From NCBI RefSeq assembly GCF_009914755.1, contig NC_060927.1: a stretch of 64,000 nucleotides of DNA; one strand, written 5' to 3'. Position 1 is the stretch's first letter; every line of letters starts with the position of its first letter. The notes below the pieces were generated by a model that worked only from the letters and a program-made list of their open reading frames with translations, searched no databases and was not told the origin of the DNA. A program made the position numbers and the translations under genes. Shown here in pieces: positions 45,910 through 58,718 of this stretch. The stretch comes from the human T2T-CHM13v2.0 reference genome, Homo sapiens.

Positions 45910-46243
45910 GGCCGGGCATGGTGGCTCACACCTGTAATCTCAGCACTTTGGGAGGCCAAGGTGGGCAGATCACGAGGTCAGGAGATCGAGACCATCCTGG
46001 CTAACATGGTGAAACCCCATCTCTACTAAAAATACAAAAAATTAGCCTGTCGTGGTGGCGGGCGCCTATAGTCCCAGCTACTCGGGAGGCTGAGGCTGAA
46101 GAATGGCATGAACTAGGGGGGCAGAACTTGCAGTGAGCCAAGACTGGGCCACTGCACTCCAGCCTGGGGGACAGAAGGAGACTCTATCTCAAAAAAAAAA
46201 AAAAACAATAATAATAAATAAATAAAATTTAAAAAATAAAGAT
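45910..46243 (+). mobile_element. AluY
   Basis: AluY diagnostics; long mixed A/AAT tail; 'aaatggg' on both flanks. Confidence 0.93.
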
Positions 46244-46702
46244 AAATGGGAAAAGGATCTGAATAGATATTTATCCAAAGAAGATATACAAATGGGTAAT
46301 AAACACATAAGAAAATGCTTAATATCATTAGTCATCAGGGAAATACAAGTTAAACTTAAAGTGAGATGCAACTTCATACTTACTAACATGGCTGTAATAA
46401 GAAAAAGACAGGCAATAACAAGTGTTGGTGAGGATATGGCGAAATTGGAACCCTCCTACACTGGTGGTGACAAAGTAAAATAGTGCTACAGCTTTGGAAA
46501 ACAGTTTGGCAGTTTTTCAAGCAATCAAACATAGAGTTAAACTATACCTCAGCAATACCACTGCTAGGTATATAGTGTCCCCAGATTAGAACATATGTCA
46601 TGCTAAATTGTACATAAAGGGATAAGCAGTATTAGACATAATAGTCAAACATGGAAACCATTCAATGCTTATTAAGTTATAAACGGCTAAACAAAATGTG
46701 GT

Positions 46703-47275
46703 TGTCCTAGTCTGCTTGGGCTACCATAATAAAATACCATACACTGGGTAGATAAAAGAGAATTTTTTTTCCCACAGCTCTGAAGACTGAAAGTCCAGGA
46801 CAAGGTGCTGGCATGGTCAGGTTTTGGCGAGGGCTCTCTTCCTGGTTTTTAGTTGGCCACTCTCTCACTGTGCCATCACAAAATCTTTCCTTAGTGCATG
46901 CACATGCAGATATATATATATATACCTTTCTCTTCTTCTAAGACCACCTATTGGACCCACTCTTATGATTACATTTACCCTTATTTCTGCCTAAAATACC
47001 TATGTCTGAATACAGTTGCATTAATGTCAATATATTTTGACATAATCTAATAGTATTTTTTTTTTTTACCAAAAACAGGAATCCATTTTTTTACAAGATT
47101 ATCACTGAAAAAAGGAAATGTTTAAAATGTAAGGACAAATTTTATTTATATTTGTAAATACAAAATTACAAATTTGGAAAATACACTTGATCCCCACAAT
47201 GTTGTCTCTTATATAATTTTATTCATTAAGGCTTCAACATATGAACATGGCAGAGACACAATTTGATCCAAAGTA
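46703..47275 (-). mobile_element. MLT1A-like MaLR solo LTR with a ~200-bp foreign insert
   Basis: 'tgtcctagtctgcttgggctaccataataaaataccat...ggcttcaacatatgaa'; 5-bp TSD gtggt at 46698 and 47276. Confidence 0.85.
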
Positions 47276-47719
47276 GTGGTATATCCATACAATGGGATTT
47301 TACTCAGCTACATCAAAAATGTACTGATACTACAACATGAATGAGCCTTGAAATCATCATGCTAAGTGAAAGAAGCCAGGTACAAATGGCCACATATCTT
47401 ATGATTCATTTTATATAGAATATCTAGAATAGGCCAATCTATAGACTGAAAATACATTAGTCTTAGTTGCTGAGGGCTGTTACAGGAAGATGAGGGGTTG
47501 GGAGGTGAATGATAGTGAATGCATAAGTCGCTGTTTTTGAAATGAGGAAATGTTCTAAAATTCACTGTAGTGATGATTGTTATCTCTGTGAATACACTAA
47601 AAATTCTTGAATTGTATACCTTAAATATGTGAATTGTAAGACATGTGAATTAAATCTAAATAATGCTACTATAAAATTATATGGAATATTTCCCAAAATA
47701 TTTACCTAGGCCATACCCT

Positions 47720-48105
47720 AACCCTGCCCCAGGCAAAATCTGATCTTGATTGCATTATATGCTAGGTTCGTATTTTTGAGAATGCCACATACACAAAATC
47801 ATAGTGGATGTTTGCCTTTGTTTCTAGTTTCTTTTGTTCAGCATAATGTGTTTGAGATTCATCTATATTTTGTGCATTGTTAGTGTCCTTTTGTTGTTGA
47901 ACAGCATTACATTAACGGGTATAACACAATTAGTTTATCCATTCTCTTGCTAATGAACATTTGGGTTGATTTGAGTGTGGGAATTTTGTGAATAAATCTG
48001 CCCTAAAACATTTCTGTTTAATAATTTGTATGGACATATGTTTTCATTTCTCTTCCTGGATACTTAGAAGAGTAACTACTGAATTCTATGAGAAATATAT
48101 GTATC
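47720..48105 (-). mobile_element. L1ME-like 3' fragment
   Basis: 'ttcagcataatgtgtttgagattcatc...tttatccattctc...tggacatatgttttcatttctctt'. Confidence 0.6.
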
Positions 48106-48119
48106 AATGCAATACAATG

Positions 48120-48240
48120 GCAATAACTATTGGCTGATTACTATGTGCTGGGCATTGTTTTAAACTCTTTACATCTCCACAGTCATTCAATTTTCACAAA
48201 ACCTGAAAAATAGTATGCTAATAACATTGCTTTGTTATTA
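48120..48240 (-). mobile_element. MIR fragment
   Basis: 'ttactatgtgctgggcattgttttaaactctttacat...tcattcaattttcacaaaa'. Confidence 0.6.
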
Positions 48241-49437
48241 TACATATATTATTAATTATATATATATATAGTAAAGTTACAAGACATTTTACTAATTTAT
48301 GTAACTTATATTCTTATCTTCATTTTGTATCTTAGAAGGCTGGCATACAGCTTTTTCATAGCAATGCTTGGCAAAATACACAGATTACCTTAGTACAAAC
48401 ATACATAGTAAAGTTTCAATGTATCTTAAAATCTAACAGTAGTTTTTATCAAGAACAGAAATACAATTTTTTACATGAGATTATCATTAAAAAAGTATTT
48501 AAAATGTGAGAACAAATTTTATAACTAGAAAATATATTTTGATCCTACAGTGTTGTCTCTTCTGGAGTTTGATTCATTAGCCGTCTTTCTTTTTTGTATC
48601 TGCAATCTGTCCTCTATTAATTTCTCCTTCTCAGTTTACATATATATCCAAGAAACTTTCATCAACAGAAATAATAATAAAGATTACATTTAACGTTGTC
48701 TTCCAACTAGTATATATCACACTATCATTATTTAGTTGTTTTTGGAAAATTTCTAACAGGATTGTTTATCTTATTCCCTTTGTGTTTCAATTGTTGATGT
48801 ACAACACCTACAACTTGATTCTAATGAGAGTATTCTGAAAGAACTGACCAATGTTCTTAATTACAAATCCCCTCTTGTTTCTCAAATATGTAAGAGTTAT
48901 ATTTTTTACAGTTGAGTTGTATTCCATGGCATAATTTATCATTTAATTGATAAAAAAACTGTATATATGTATGATGCACAACATGAGATTTTGATATATG
49001 TATACATTGTAGAATGACTAAATCAGGCTAATATATCTATTAATTTACATAATTAATATTCTTTTGTGGTGAAAACATTTAAATCTATTCTCTTAACAGT
49101 TTCTAAGTGTATAATACATTGTTATTAACTATAGTCACCATATTGTACAATAGATCTAGTGAATTTATTCCTTCTGTCATCTAATTAGTATCTTCCCAAT
49201 CCCTCTATTCCCTAGTCTCTGGTAACCAACATTCTAATCTCTGGTTCTGATTCCACGTATAAGTGATGTAATGTGGTATTTATCTTTCTGTGCCTGACTT
49301 CACTTAACATAATGTTCTCCAGAGTTATTCATGTTATCCCAAATGTCACAATTTCCTTCTTTTTTTAAAGGCTGGAGAGTGTTTTATTGTGTGTACATAC
49401 ACCACATTTTATTTATCCATTCATTTGTTTATGCACC

Positions 49438-49744
49438 TTTTTTTTTTTTTTTTTGAGATGGAGTCTTGCTCTGTCACCCAGGCTGGAGAGCAGTGGCACG
49501 ATCTCGGCTCACTGCAAGCTTGCCTCCCGGGTTCACACCATTCCCCTGTCTCAGCCTCCTGAGTGGCTGGGACTACAGGTGCCCGACACCACGCCTGGGT
49601 AATTTTTTTTTTATTTTTGTATTTTTAGTAGAGAGGGGGTTTCACCGTGTTAGCCAGGATGGTCTTGATCTCCTGACCTTGTGGTCCGCCCACTTCAGCC
49701 TCCCAAAGTGCTGGGATTACAGGCGTGAGCCACCGCGCCCAGCC
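49438..49744 (-). mobile_element. AluY
   Basis: 'gcaagct', 'ttcacaccatt', 'ttagccaggatgg'; TSD tgtt(t/a)atgca at 49426 and 49745. Confidence 0.93.
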
Positions 49745-50037
49745 TGTTAATGCATTTTAAGGTTGATTCCACATGTTGGCTATTATGAATAATGCTGCAA
49801 TGGACATGGGAGTGCAGATATCTCTTCCAAATACTTCTTTTCTTATGTATATACATGTATTCTCTAGTGGAATTGCTAGATCATATGATAATTATATTTT
49901 AATACTTTGATACCTTCACACTTTTGCCATAATGACTATACTAATTTACATTTGTAACAGTGTACAGGGGTTTCTTTTTCTCCACATCCTCACTGATATT
50001 GTTATCTCTTGTCCTTTTGAGAATAACCATTCAATTT

Positions 50038-53000
50038 GAACGTGCAGGTTTGTTACATAGGTATACGTGTGCAATGGTGGTTTGCTGCACCTATTGATCT
50101 GTCCTCTAAGTTCCCTCCTCTCACTCGCCACCCCCTAACAGGCTCTGGTGTGTGATGTTCCCCTCCCTGTGTCCATGGGTTCTCATTGATCAACTCTCAC
50201 TTATGAACAAGAACATGTGGCGTTTGTTTTTCTGTTTCTGTGTTAGCTTGCTTAGGATAATGGCTTCCAGCTTCATCCATGTCCCTGGAAAGGACATGAT
50301 CTCATTTCTTTTTATGGCTGCATATTATTCCACAGTGTATATGTACCACATTTTCTTTAACAAGTCCATCATTGATGCACATTTGGGTTGGTTCCATGAC
50401 TTTGCTATTGTAAATAGTGCTCCAATAAACATATGTGTGCGTGTGTCTTTATAGTAGAATGATTTATATTCTTTTGGGTATATACCTAGTAATGGGATTG
50501 CAGGGTCAAATGGTATTTCTGGTTCTAGATCCTTGAGGAATCACCACACTGTCTTCCACAATGCTTGAATTAATTTACATTCTCACCAACAATGTAAAAG
50601 TGTTCCTGTTTCTCCACAGCCCAGCCAGCATCTATTGTTTCTTGACTTTTTAATAATCACCATTCTGACTGGTGTGAGATGGTATCTCATTGTGATTTTC
50701 ATTTGCATTTCTCTAATGATCAGTGATGCTGAGCTTTTTTTCACGTTTGTTGGCCATGTAAATGTCTTCTTTTGAGAAGAGTCTGTTCATATACTTTGCC
50801 CACTTTTTCATGGGGTTGTTTTTTTTCTTGTAAATTTGTTTACGCTCCTTGTAAATTCTGGATATTAGACTTCTGTCAGATGAGTAGCTTGCAAAATTTT
50901 TCTCCCATTCTGTAGGTTGCCTGTTCAATCTGATGATAATGTCTTTTGCTGTGTAGAAGCTCTTTAATTAGAGCCCATTTGTCAGTTTTGACTTTTGTTG
51001 CCGTTGCTTTTGGTGTTTTAGTCATGAAGTCTTTGCCCATGCCTATGTCCTGAATGCCTGGGTTTTCTTCCAGGGTTTTTATGGTTTTGGGTTTTACATT
51101 TAAGCCTTTAGTCCATCTTGAGTTAATTTTTGTATAAGGTGTAAGGAAAGGGTCCCGTTTCTGTTTTCTGCACGTGGCTAGCCAGTTTTCTCAGCACCAT
51201 TTATTGAACAGGTGATCCTTTCTCCATCACTTGTTTTTGTCAGGTTTGTCAAAGATCAGATGGTTGTAGATGTGTGGTGTTATTTCTGAGGGCTCTGTTC
51301 TGTTCCATTGGTCTATATATCTGTTTTGGTACCAGTACCAGGATGCTTTGGCTACTGTAGCCTTGAAGTATAGTTTGAAATCAGGTAGCATGATGTCTCC
51401 AGCTTTGTTCTTTTTGCTTAGGATTGTCTTGGCTATGCCGGCTCTTTTTTGGTTCCATAGGAAATATGAAAGAGTTTTTTCTAATTCTGTGAAGAATGTC
51501 AATGGTAGTTTGATGGGATTAGCATTGAGTCTATACATTACTTTGGGTGGTATGGCCATTTCATGATGTTGATTCTACCTATCCATGAGCATGGAATGTT
51601 TTTCCATTTGGTTGTGTCCTCTCTTATTTCCTTGAGCAGTGGTTTGTAGTTCTCCTTGAAGAGGGACTTTACATCCCTTATAAGTTTTATTCCTAGGTAT
51701 TTTCTTCTCTTTGTAGCAATTGTGAACGGGAGTTCATTCTTGATTTGGCTCTGTGCTTGTCTATTTTTGGTGTAAAGGAATGCTTGTGATTTTTGCACAT
51801 TGGTTTTGTATCCTGAGATTTTGCTGATGTTGCTTATCAGCTTATGGAGTTTTAGGGTGGAGATGATGGGGTTTTCTAAATATATAATCATGTCATCTGC
51901 AGAGACAATTTAACTTTCTCTCCCTCTAATTGAACACCGTTTATTTCTTTCTGTTGCCTGATTGCCCCAACCAGATCTTCCAATAGTATGTTGCATAGGA
52001 GTGGTAAGAGAGGGCATTCTTGTCTTGTACCAGTTTTCAAAGGGAATGATTCCAGATTTGCCCATTCAATATGATATTGGTTATGGGTCTGTCATAAATA
52101 GTTCTTATTATTTTGAGATATATCCCATCAATATCTAGTTCATTGAGAGTTATTAACATGAAGGGATGTTAAATTGTATCAAAGGACATTTTTGCATCTA
52201 TTGAGATAATCATGTGGTTTTTGTCTTTCGGTCTGTTTATGTGATGGATTACATGTATTGATTTGCATATGTTGAACCAGCCTAGCATCCCAGGGGTGAA
52301 ACCGACTTGATTATGTTGGGTAAGTTTTTCAATGTGCTGCTGGATTCAGTTGCCAGTATCTTATTGAGGATTTTCATGTTGGTATTCATCAGGGATATTG
52401 GCCTGAAGTTTTATTTGTTGTCATTGTGGTGATGTCTCTGCCAGGTTTTGGTATCAGGATGATGCTGGCCTCATAAAATGAGTTAGAGAGGACTCCCTCC
52501 TTTTCAATTGTTTGGAATAGCTTCAGAAGGAATGGTACCAGCTCCTTTTTCTACCTCTGGTAGAATCCGGCCGTGAATCCATCTGGTCCTCGGCTTTTTC
52601 TGGTTGGTAGTCTATTAATTACTGCCTCAGTTTCAGAACTTGTTCTTGGTCTATTAAGGGAATTGACTTCTGCCTGGTTTAGTCCTGGGAGGCTCTATGT
52701 GTCCAGAAATTTATCCAATTCTTCTAGATTTTTCAGTTTATTTGTGCAGAGCTGTTTATAGTGTTATCTGATAATAGTCTATATTTCTGTGGGGTCAGTG
52801 GTGATATATCCTTTATCATTTTTTATTGATTCTTGTCTCTTTTCTTCGTTATTTGTCTATCTAGTGAACTATTTATTTTGTTAAATTTTGCCAAAAATAT
52901 AGTTCCTGGGTTCGTCAGTCTTTTGGAGGGTTTTTGTGACTCTATCTCCTTCAATTCTGCTCTGATTTTAGTTATTTCTTGTCTTCTGCTAGCTTTTGTA

Positions 53001-56000
53001 TTAGTTTGCTCTTGCCTCTCTAGCTCTTTTAATTGTGACGTTAGGGTGTTGATTTGAGATCTTTCTAGCTTTCTGATGTGGGCATTTAGTGCTGTAAATT
53101 TCCCTCTTAACACTGCTTTAACTGTATCCCAGAGATTCTGGTACATTGTCTCTTTGTTCTTATTGGTTTTGAAAAACTTCTTGATTTCTGCCTTTATTTC
53201 ATTATTTACCCAGGAGTCATTCAGGAGCAGGTTGTTCAATTTCCATTTAATTGTGTGGTTTTGAGTGAGTTTCTCAATCCTAAGTTCTAATTTGATTGCA
53301 CTGTGGTCTGAGAGACTGTTTGTTATGATTTCAGGTCTTTTGCATATGCTGAGGTATGTTTTACTTCCAACTATGTGGTCGATTTTAGAATAAGTGCCAT
53401 GTGGCACTGAGAAGAATGTATATTCTGTTGATTGGGGTGGAGAGTTCTGTAGATGTCTATTAAGTCCACTTGATCCAGAGCTGAGTTCAAGTCCTGAATA
53501 TCCTTGTTAATTTTCTGTCTCATTGATCTAATACTGACAGTGTGGTGTTAAAGTCTCCCACAATTATTGTGTGGGTGTCTAAGTGTCTTTTAGGTCTCTG
53601 AGAACTTGTTTTGTGGATCTGGGTGCTCCTGTATCGAGTGCATATGTATTTAGGATAGTTAGTTCTTCTTGTTGAATTGTTCCCTTTATCATTATCTAAT
53701 GCCCTTCTTTGTATTTCTTTATCTTTGTTGGTTTAAACTGTGTTTTGTTAGAGACTAGGATTTCAACCCCTGCATTTTTTTTCTTTCCATTTGCTTGGTA
53801 AATTTTCCTCTATCCCTTTATTTTGAGCCTATATGTGCCTTTGCACATAAGATGGGTCTCCTGAATATAACACTGATGGGTCTTGACTCTTTATACAATT
53901 TGCCACTCTGTGTCTTTTAATTGGGACTTTTAGACCATTTACATTTAAGGTTAGTATCATTATGTGTGAATTTGATCCTATAATCATGATGCTATCTGAT
54001 TATTTGCGCACAAGTTGATGCAGTTTCTTCACAGTGTCATTGGTCTTTATATTTTGGTGTGTTTTTGCAGTGGCTGCTACCAGTTCTTTTCTTTCCATAT
54101 TTAGTGCTTCCTTCAGGAGCTTTTGCCAGGCAGGCCTGGTGGTGATGAAATTCCTCAGCATTTGCTTTTCTGGAAAGGATTTTATTTCTCCTTCACTTAT
54201 GAAGCATAGTTTGGCTCAATATGAAATTCTGGGTTGAAAATTCTTTTCTCTAAGAATGTTGAATACTGGGCCCCAATCTCTTCTGGTTAGTAGCGTTTCT
54301 GCTGAGGGGTCCACTGTTAATCTGATTGGCTTCCCTTTGTAGGTGAACTGGTCTTTCTCTCTGGCTACCTTTAACTTTTTTTTCCTTCATTTTAACCTTG
54401 GAGAATCTGATGATTATGTGTCTTGGGGTTGATCTTCTCATGGAGTATCCTAGTGGTGTTCCCTGTATTTCCTGAATTTGCATATTGGCCTGTCTTGCTA
54501 GGTTGCAGAATTTCTCCTAGATAATATCCTAAAGAGTGTTTTCCAGCTTGTTTCCATTCTACCCATCTCCTTCAGGTACTCCAATCAAACACAGGTTCAG
54601 TCTTTTTACATAGTCCCATATTTCTTGAAGGCTTTGGTCGTTCCTTTCCTTTCTTTTTTCTCTAATCTTGTCTGCATGCCTTATTTCAGCAAGGTGCTCT
54701 TCAAACTTTTATATCCTTTCTTCTGCTTGGTTGATTCAGCTATTGATACTTGTGTATCCTTCACAGAGTTCTCATGCTGTGTTTTTCAGCTCCATCAGGT
54801 CATTTATGTTTCCCTTTTAACTGGTTGTTCTAGTTAGCAGCTCCTCTAACGTTTTATTAAAGTTCTTAACTTCTTTGAATTGGGTTAGAACATGTTCCTT
54901 TAGCTCAGCGGAGTTTTTTATTACCCATCTTCTGAAGCCTACTTCTGTCAATTCATCCATCTTATCCTCTGTCCAGTTCTGTGCCCTTGCTGGAGAGGCA
55001 CTGTGATCATTTGGTGGAGGAGAAGCACTCTGGCTTTTTGGGTTTTCAGTGTTTTTTCATTGATTCTTTCTCATCATCATGAGTTTGTCTAGTTTGGATT
55101 TTTGAGGCTGCTGACTCTTGGATTGGGTTTTTTGGGGACTTTTTGTTGTTGTTGATGCTGTTGTTGTTGCTGTTTGTTTTTCTTTCAATGGTCCAGTCCC
55201 TCTTCTGTAGGGCTCCTGCTGTTTGCTTGGAGTTCACTTCAGGTTCTGTTCATGTGGTTCACTCCCTTGCCTGGAGATGTCACTCAAGGAGGCTGCAGAA
55301 CAGCAAGGATGTGTGCCTGCTTCTTCTTCTGGGATCTCTGACCTCAAGGGACACCAAACTGATGTCAGTAGGATTGTTCCTGTACAGGGTGCCTGAAAAC
55401 CCTTATTGGAGGGTCTGACTCAGTTGGGTGGCACAAGGAACAGGACATGTTTAATGAAGCACTTTGTCCCTCGGTGGAGGGGGTGTGCTTCGCTAGGGGG
55501 AATCCACTCATCTGGGCTGCCTGGATTCCTCAAAACTACCAGGGGTAAAGACTAAGTTTTCTGGTCCGAAGAGACTGCGGCCACTCCTCCCCCTAGGGGC
55601 TCAGGCCCAGGAGATCGGGGTTCTGTCCCTGAGCCTCTGGCTGGAGTTGTTGAAGTTCCTGCAGGGAGTCTCGGCCCAGTGAGAAAGGATGTGTCAGGGT
55701 CAGTCCTGAAGAGGTGTTCTGGCCATAGTCTGCCACAGCCGGTGTGTTGGGCTTTGGGTGACACCTTGTGGGGACCAAGCTGTCCAGCCTCCCTGGCTCC
55801 AGCAGGGGAAAAGCATGGCTTGGAGTTATAGAGATGGATGCCACACTTCTCCAACCCAGGAAGCCTAGCATGTTAGGCAGTTATGAGTCCCAGTGCGGCT
55901 GCTGCCCCTCCCCTAAGGAGCTCAAAAGGCTTAGACCACAGGCAGTTGCAGCTGTGGTGATGGTTGCCCCTTTCCCTGGGAGCTGGGCAGACTTAAGCAG

Positions 56001-56377
56001 ATACTAGCTGAGATGCTGTTGAAAATCTGAACAGTTCTGGGGTTGGTAACGCAGGCCCAGGTAGCGTGGGTTCGCAAGGGGAACTTTTTGATCCATGGGT
56101 TACACAGTTCTGTGGAAAAAGCAGTTTCCCCAGCTGGGTAGCATGCTCACTCAGAGCCTCCCTTGGCTGAGGAGTGGGGGCTCTCCTGTCCTGTGTGGCT
56201 CTCAGGAGGGCCTCTGCACCACATGGCTCTTCCTTCCTCTCCGTGGATCATGCCAGCCGTCTAGTCAGTTCCGATGCAAGAACCTGGATACCTCAGTTGC
56301 TGGTGCAGGATTCACACACTAATTATAGTTCTTTTCGATGGGAGCCTCTGATTGCCGCTTCTTCTCGTCAGCCATCT
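50038..56377 (-). mobile_element. Near full-length L1PA8A-like LINE-1 (~6.3 kb; 5'UTR, ORF1, ORF2, all disrupted)
   Basis: 5' end 'agatggctgacgagaagaagcggc' (YY1-like site). ORF1 'IQEIQGTP..RRSTPRHIIIRFSKV'. Endonuclease '[15 protein letters not shown]...SDHSAIKL'. 3'UTR 'tcctctaagttccctcc'. Confidence 0.9.
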
Positions 56378-56619
56378 GATGTGAACATTTTGTCATGTAC
56401 CTGTTGTTCATTTGTTGTTTTCTTTTCAGAAATGTCCTTGGTCCATTTTTTAAAATTAGGTTATTTGTTTTCTTACTACTGAGATGTTTGAGTTCCTTAT
56501 GTATTTTGGATATTAACCCCTTGTCAGATGTATGGTTCACAAATATTTTCTCTCATTCTGTAGATTGTCTTTTTACTCTGTTGATTTTTTCCCTTACTAT
56601 GCAGAAGCTTGAGAGTTCT

Positions 56620-57310
56620 AACATTTATTTCTCCTGTCTACATTTCCTACAAAATTATATCCATTCCAAAGTGTTATATAACTGTGGTTATACACTAAAG
56701 ATTACTCAATATATCATTAGATGTCTACCTCAAGATTCAGAATGTATTTTCAACTGCTTAATTGGCATTTCCACCTAACTGTCCAGTAGGTTGTTCAGAC
56801 ACAATGCATAAAAAGCATAATTTCTTCCATCTTACCCACTCCTCAGCCAAACAGTATTAATGATGATGATGATGATGATGGTGAAGATAATGCTGATAAT
56901 GATAAAGACTCAAAACACATCTACCATTTCTTCTCTTTCTCCTCCTTAATTAGGAGTGTTGTAATGTAACCATTTGCTAAGTGCTATATATACTCTCTCA
57001 AGATATCCCTCTAGTCATTGCCTTTTCTCTTATTTTATTCAGATATATTCCTATTTATGTCATGTCTCACCTTGTTTTTTGAATACCTTTAAATTGATTT
57101 TCATATAACTACCCTTTTCTCCCTCTCTCTCCAATTCTCCAGATAATCATTTGTATAGTATTAAAAGCTAATCTGATTATGTCACACTTTTCCTTAAAGT
57201 GTTTTACAATTGCTTTTGGGGTAAAACCCAAAGTTCTGGGCCTATAATATGAGGCTTCCCATCATCAAGAGCCAAACTACATTTGCAACTTTGTCTCCTA
57301 TACATTATCT
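56620..57310 (+). mobile_element. L2 fragment
   Basis: 'tcaactgcttaattggcatttccacctaactgtcc', 'aatctgattatgtcacac...cttaaag'. Confidence 0.55.
56860..56905. repeat. (ATG)7 plus degenerate extension
   Basis: Directly visible. Confidence 0.85.
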
Positions 57311-57469
57311 GACTGCAGAAAGTTATACACCACATAATACAATACAATGCCTTCAATAAAACTGACTATGCACATATTTCTTCTTTATAAACACGTAAAA
57401 ACTAGATAAAGAATTACTTAGAAAAATATTCTTATTATCTGACACAGGATAGATATTCAACAAATATTT

Positions 57470-58580
57470 ACTGTTGTGAAAGGATTAAAGTCATATTTTC
57501 TATAAAATTCTGGAAGCCATGTAGATGCTTACACAGAATTCTTTTCAAGAAACAAGCTGATACACAAGTGCAATTAGCCAACAGCCTCCAGCTGCAGCAC
57601 TTTGGGAAATAACCACAGCATTTGAGGTGAGGCAATTCTCTTCTGAACAATTTCTACTCAATGATTTGACATAGAAGGGGTACTAGCGTCTCACCATTTC
57701 TGCCCAGCACAGGGCAATCTTTTCACTGTAGCTCACTGTTTGGGATTGAGGCTTTTTCTAAAAGCTTCACTGACATACGAGGCTATTTCCACCTAATCTG
57801 CTTTTCTTCCTCCTCTAATTTTACCGGGATCAAATTAGCATTGCAGTCTAAAACTCGAACTACTCCTGATCTCTCTGCTCTTTATATTTCATGGGTTGTG
57901 ATGGTTAATTGTATGTGTCAACTTGACTGAGCCAAGGAATGCTCAAATTGCTGGTAAAGCATTATTTTGGGTGTGTGTCTGTGGGGGATTTTCTGAGAGA
58001 GATTAACATTTGAATTGATAAACTAAGTAAGAATATTCCCTTCACTATTGTGGGTGGGCATTGTCTAGTCTGTTGAGTGCCAGAATAGAACCAGAATGCA
58101 GAGAAAGAGTGAATTCTTTTTCTCCCTTCTTGAGCTGGCTCATCTGTCATCTGCCTCTACTCTGACAACAAAGATCCTAGTTCATGAGCCTTTGGACTTC
58201 AGGATTTATATCTGTGTCCCCACATTCACACACCCTCATTCTCAGGTCTTTGAACTCAGACTGGGAATTCATTATTGATTTTCTTGATTCTCAAGCCTTC
58301 AGGTTCAACTGGAATATCACCAGCATTCCCTGTTCTCCATCTTGCAGATGACAGGTTAAAGGACTTCTCATCCTCTATAGCTGCATGAGCCAACTCCTAG
58401 TCTCTCTATCTCTCTCTTGGACAGTATACACACACATACACTTACACACACAAACACACACACGTGTGTGTATGTTTCTCTGTAGAACCTTAATACCCAA
58501 GGGTTATCCCCAATAAATTTCTTGCACTTCTTCAATAAATTCATCTTGGTTTTTATTTCATTGAGTTCCTAGACTGGCAT
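57470..58580 (+). mobile_element. LTR16-like ERVL LTR, split by MLT2
   Basis: 'acagcctccagctg...ccatttctgcccagcacaggg...ccccaataaatttcttgcac...catcttgg'. Confidence 0.5.
57897..58499 (+). mobile_element. MLT2B/D-like solo LTR
   Basis: Starts 'tgtgatggttaattgtatgtgtcaacttgactg'; internal (CA)n; ends 'tttctctgtagaaccttaatac'; 'gggt' on both flanks. Confidence 0.8.
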
Positions 58581-58718
58581 TGAAACCTTTTTTCATCTCC
58601 AAAACTGAAAGTACCCTTAGTAATAGAATTTTTTATATAGCATTATTATACATTTTGAAAATTATCTTTTAAGTATTTGTGTTGTTCTTTTCACTAGAGT
58701 TTCAACTATGTCATTGAC

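Larger units (their letters stand above)
48940..56610 (-). mobile_element. L1MA-like 3' fragment (pieces 48940-49437, 49745-50037, 56378-56610) hosting an AluY and L1PA8A
   Basis: 'tttaattgataaaaaaactgtatat...gactaaatcaggctaa...aaatctattctctt' is an L1MA 3'UTR; collinear ORF2 resumes at 56378. Confidence 0.75.

Noticed and set aside
52823-53407. 194-aa endonuclease-like ORF as a functional gene
   Set aside because: It is a fragment of L1 ORF2 in an element with many stops and frameshifts.
58453-58472. Palindrome acacacacgtgtgtgt
   Set aside because: A by-product of the (CA)n/(TG)n tract normally found in MLT2 LTRs.
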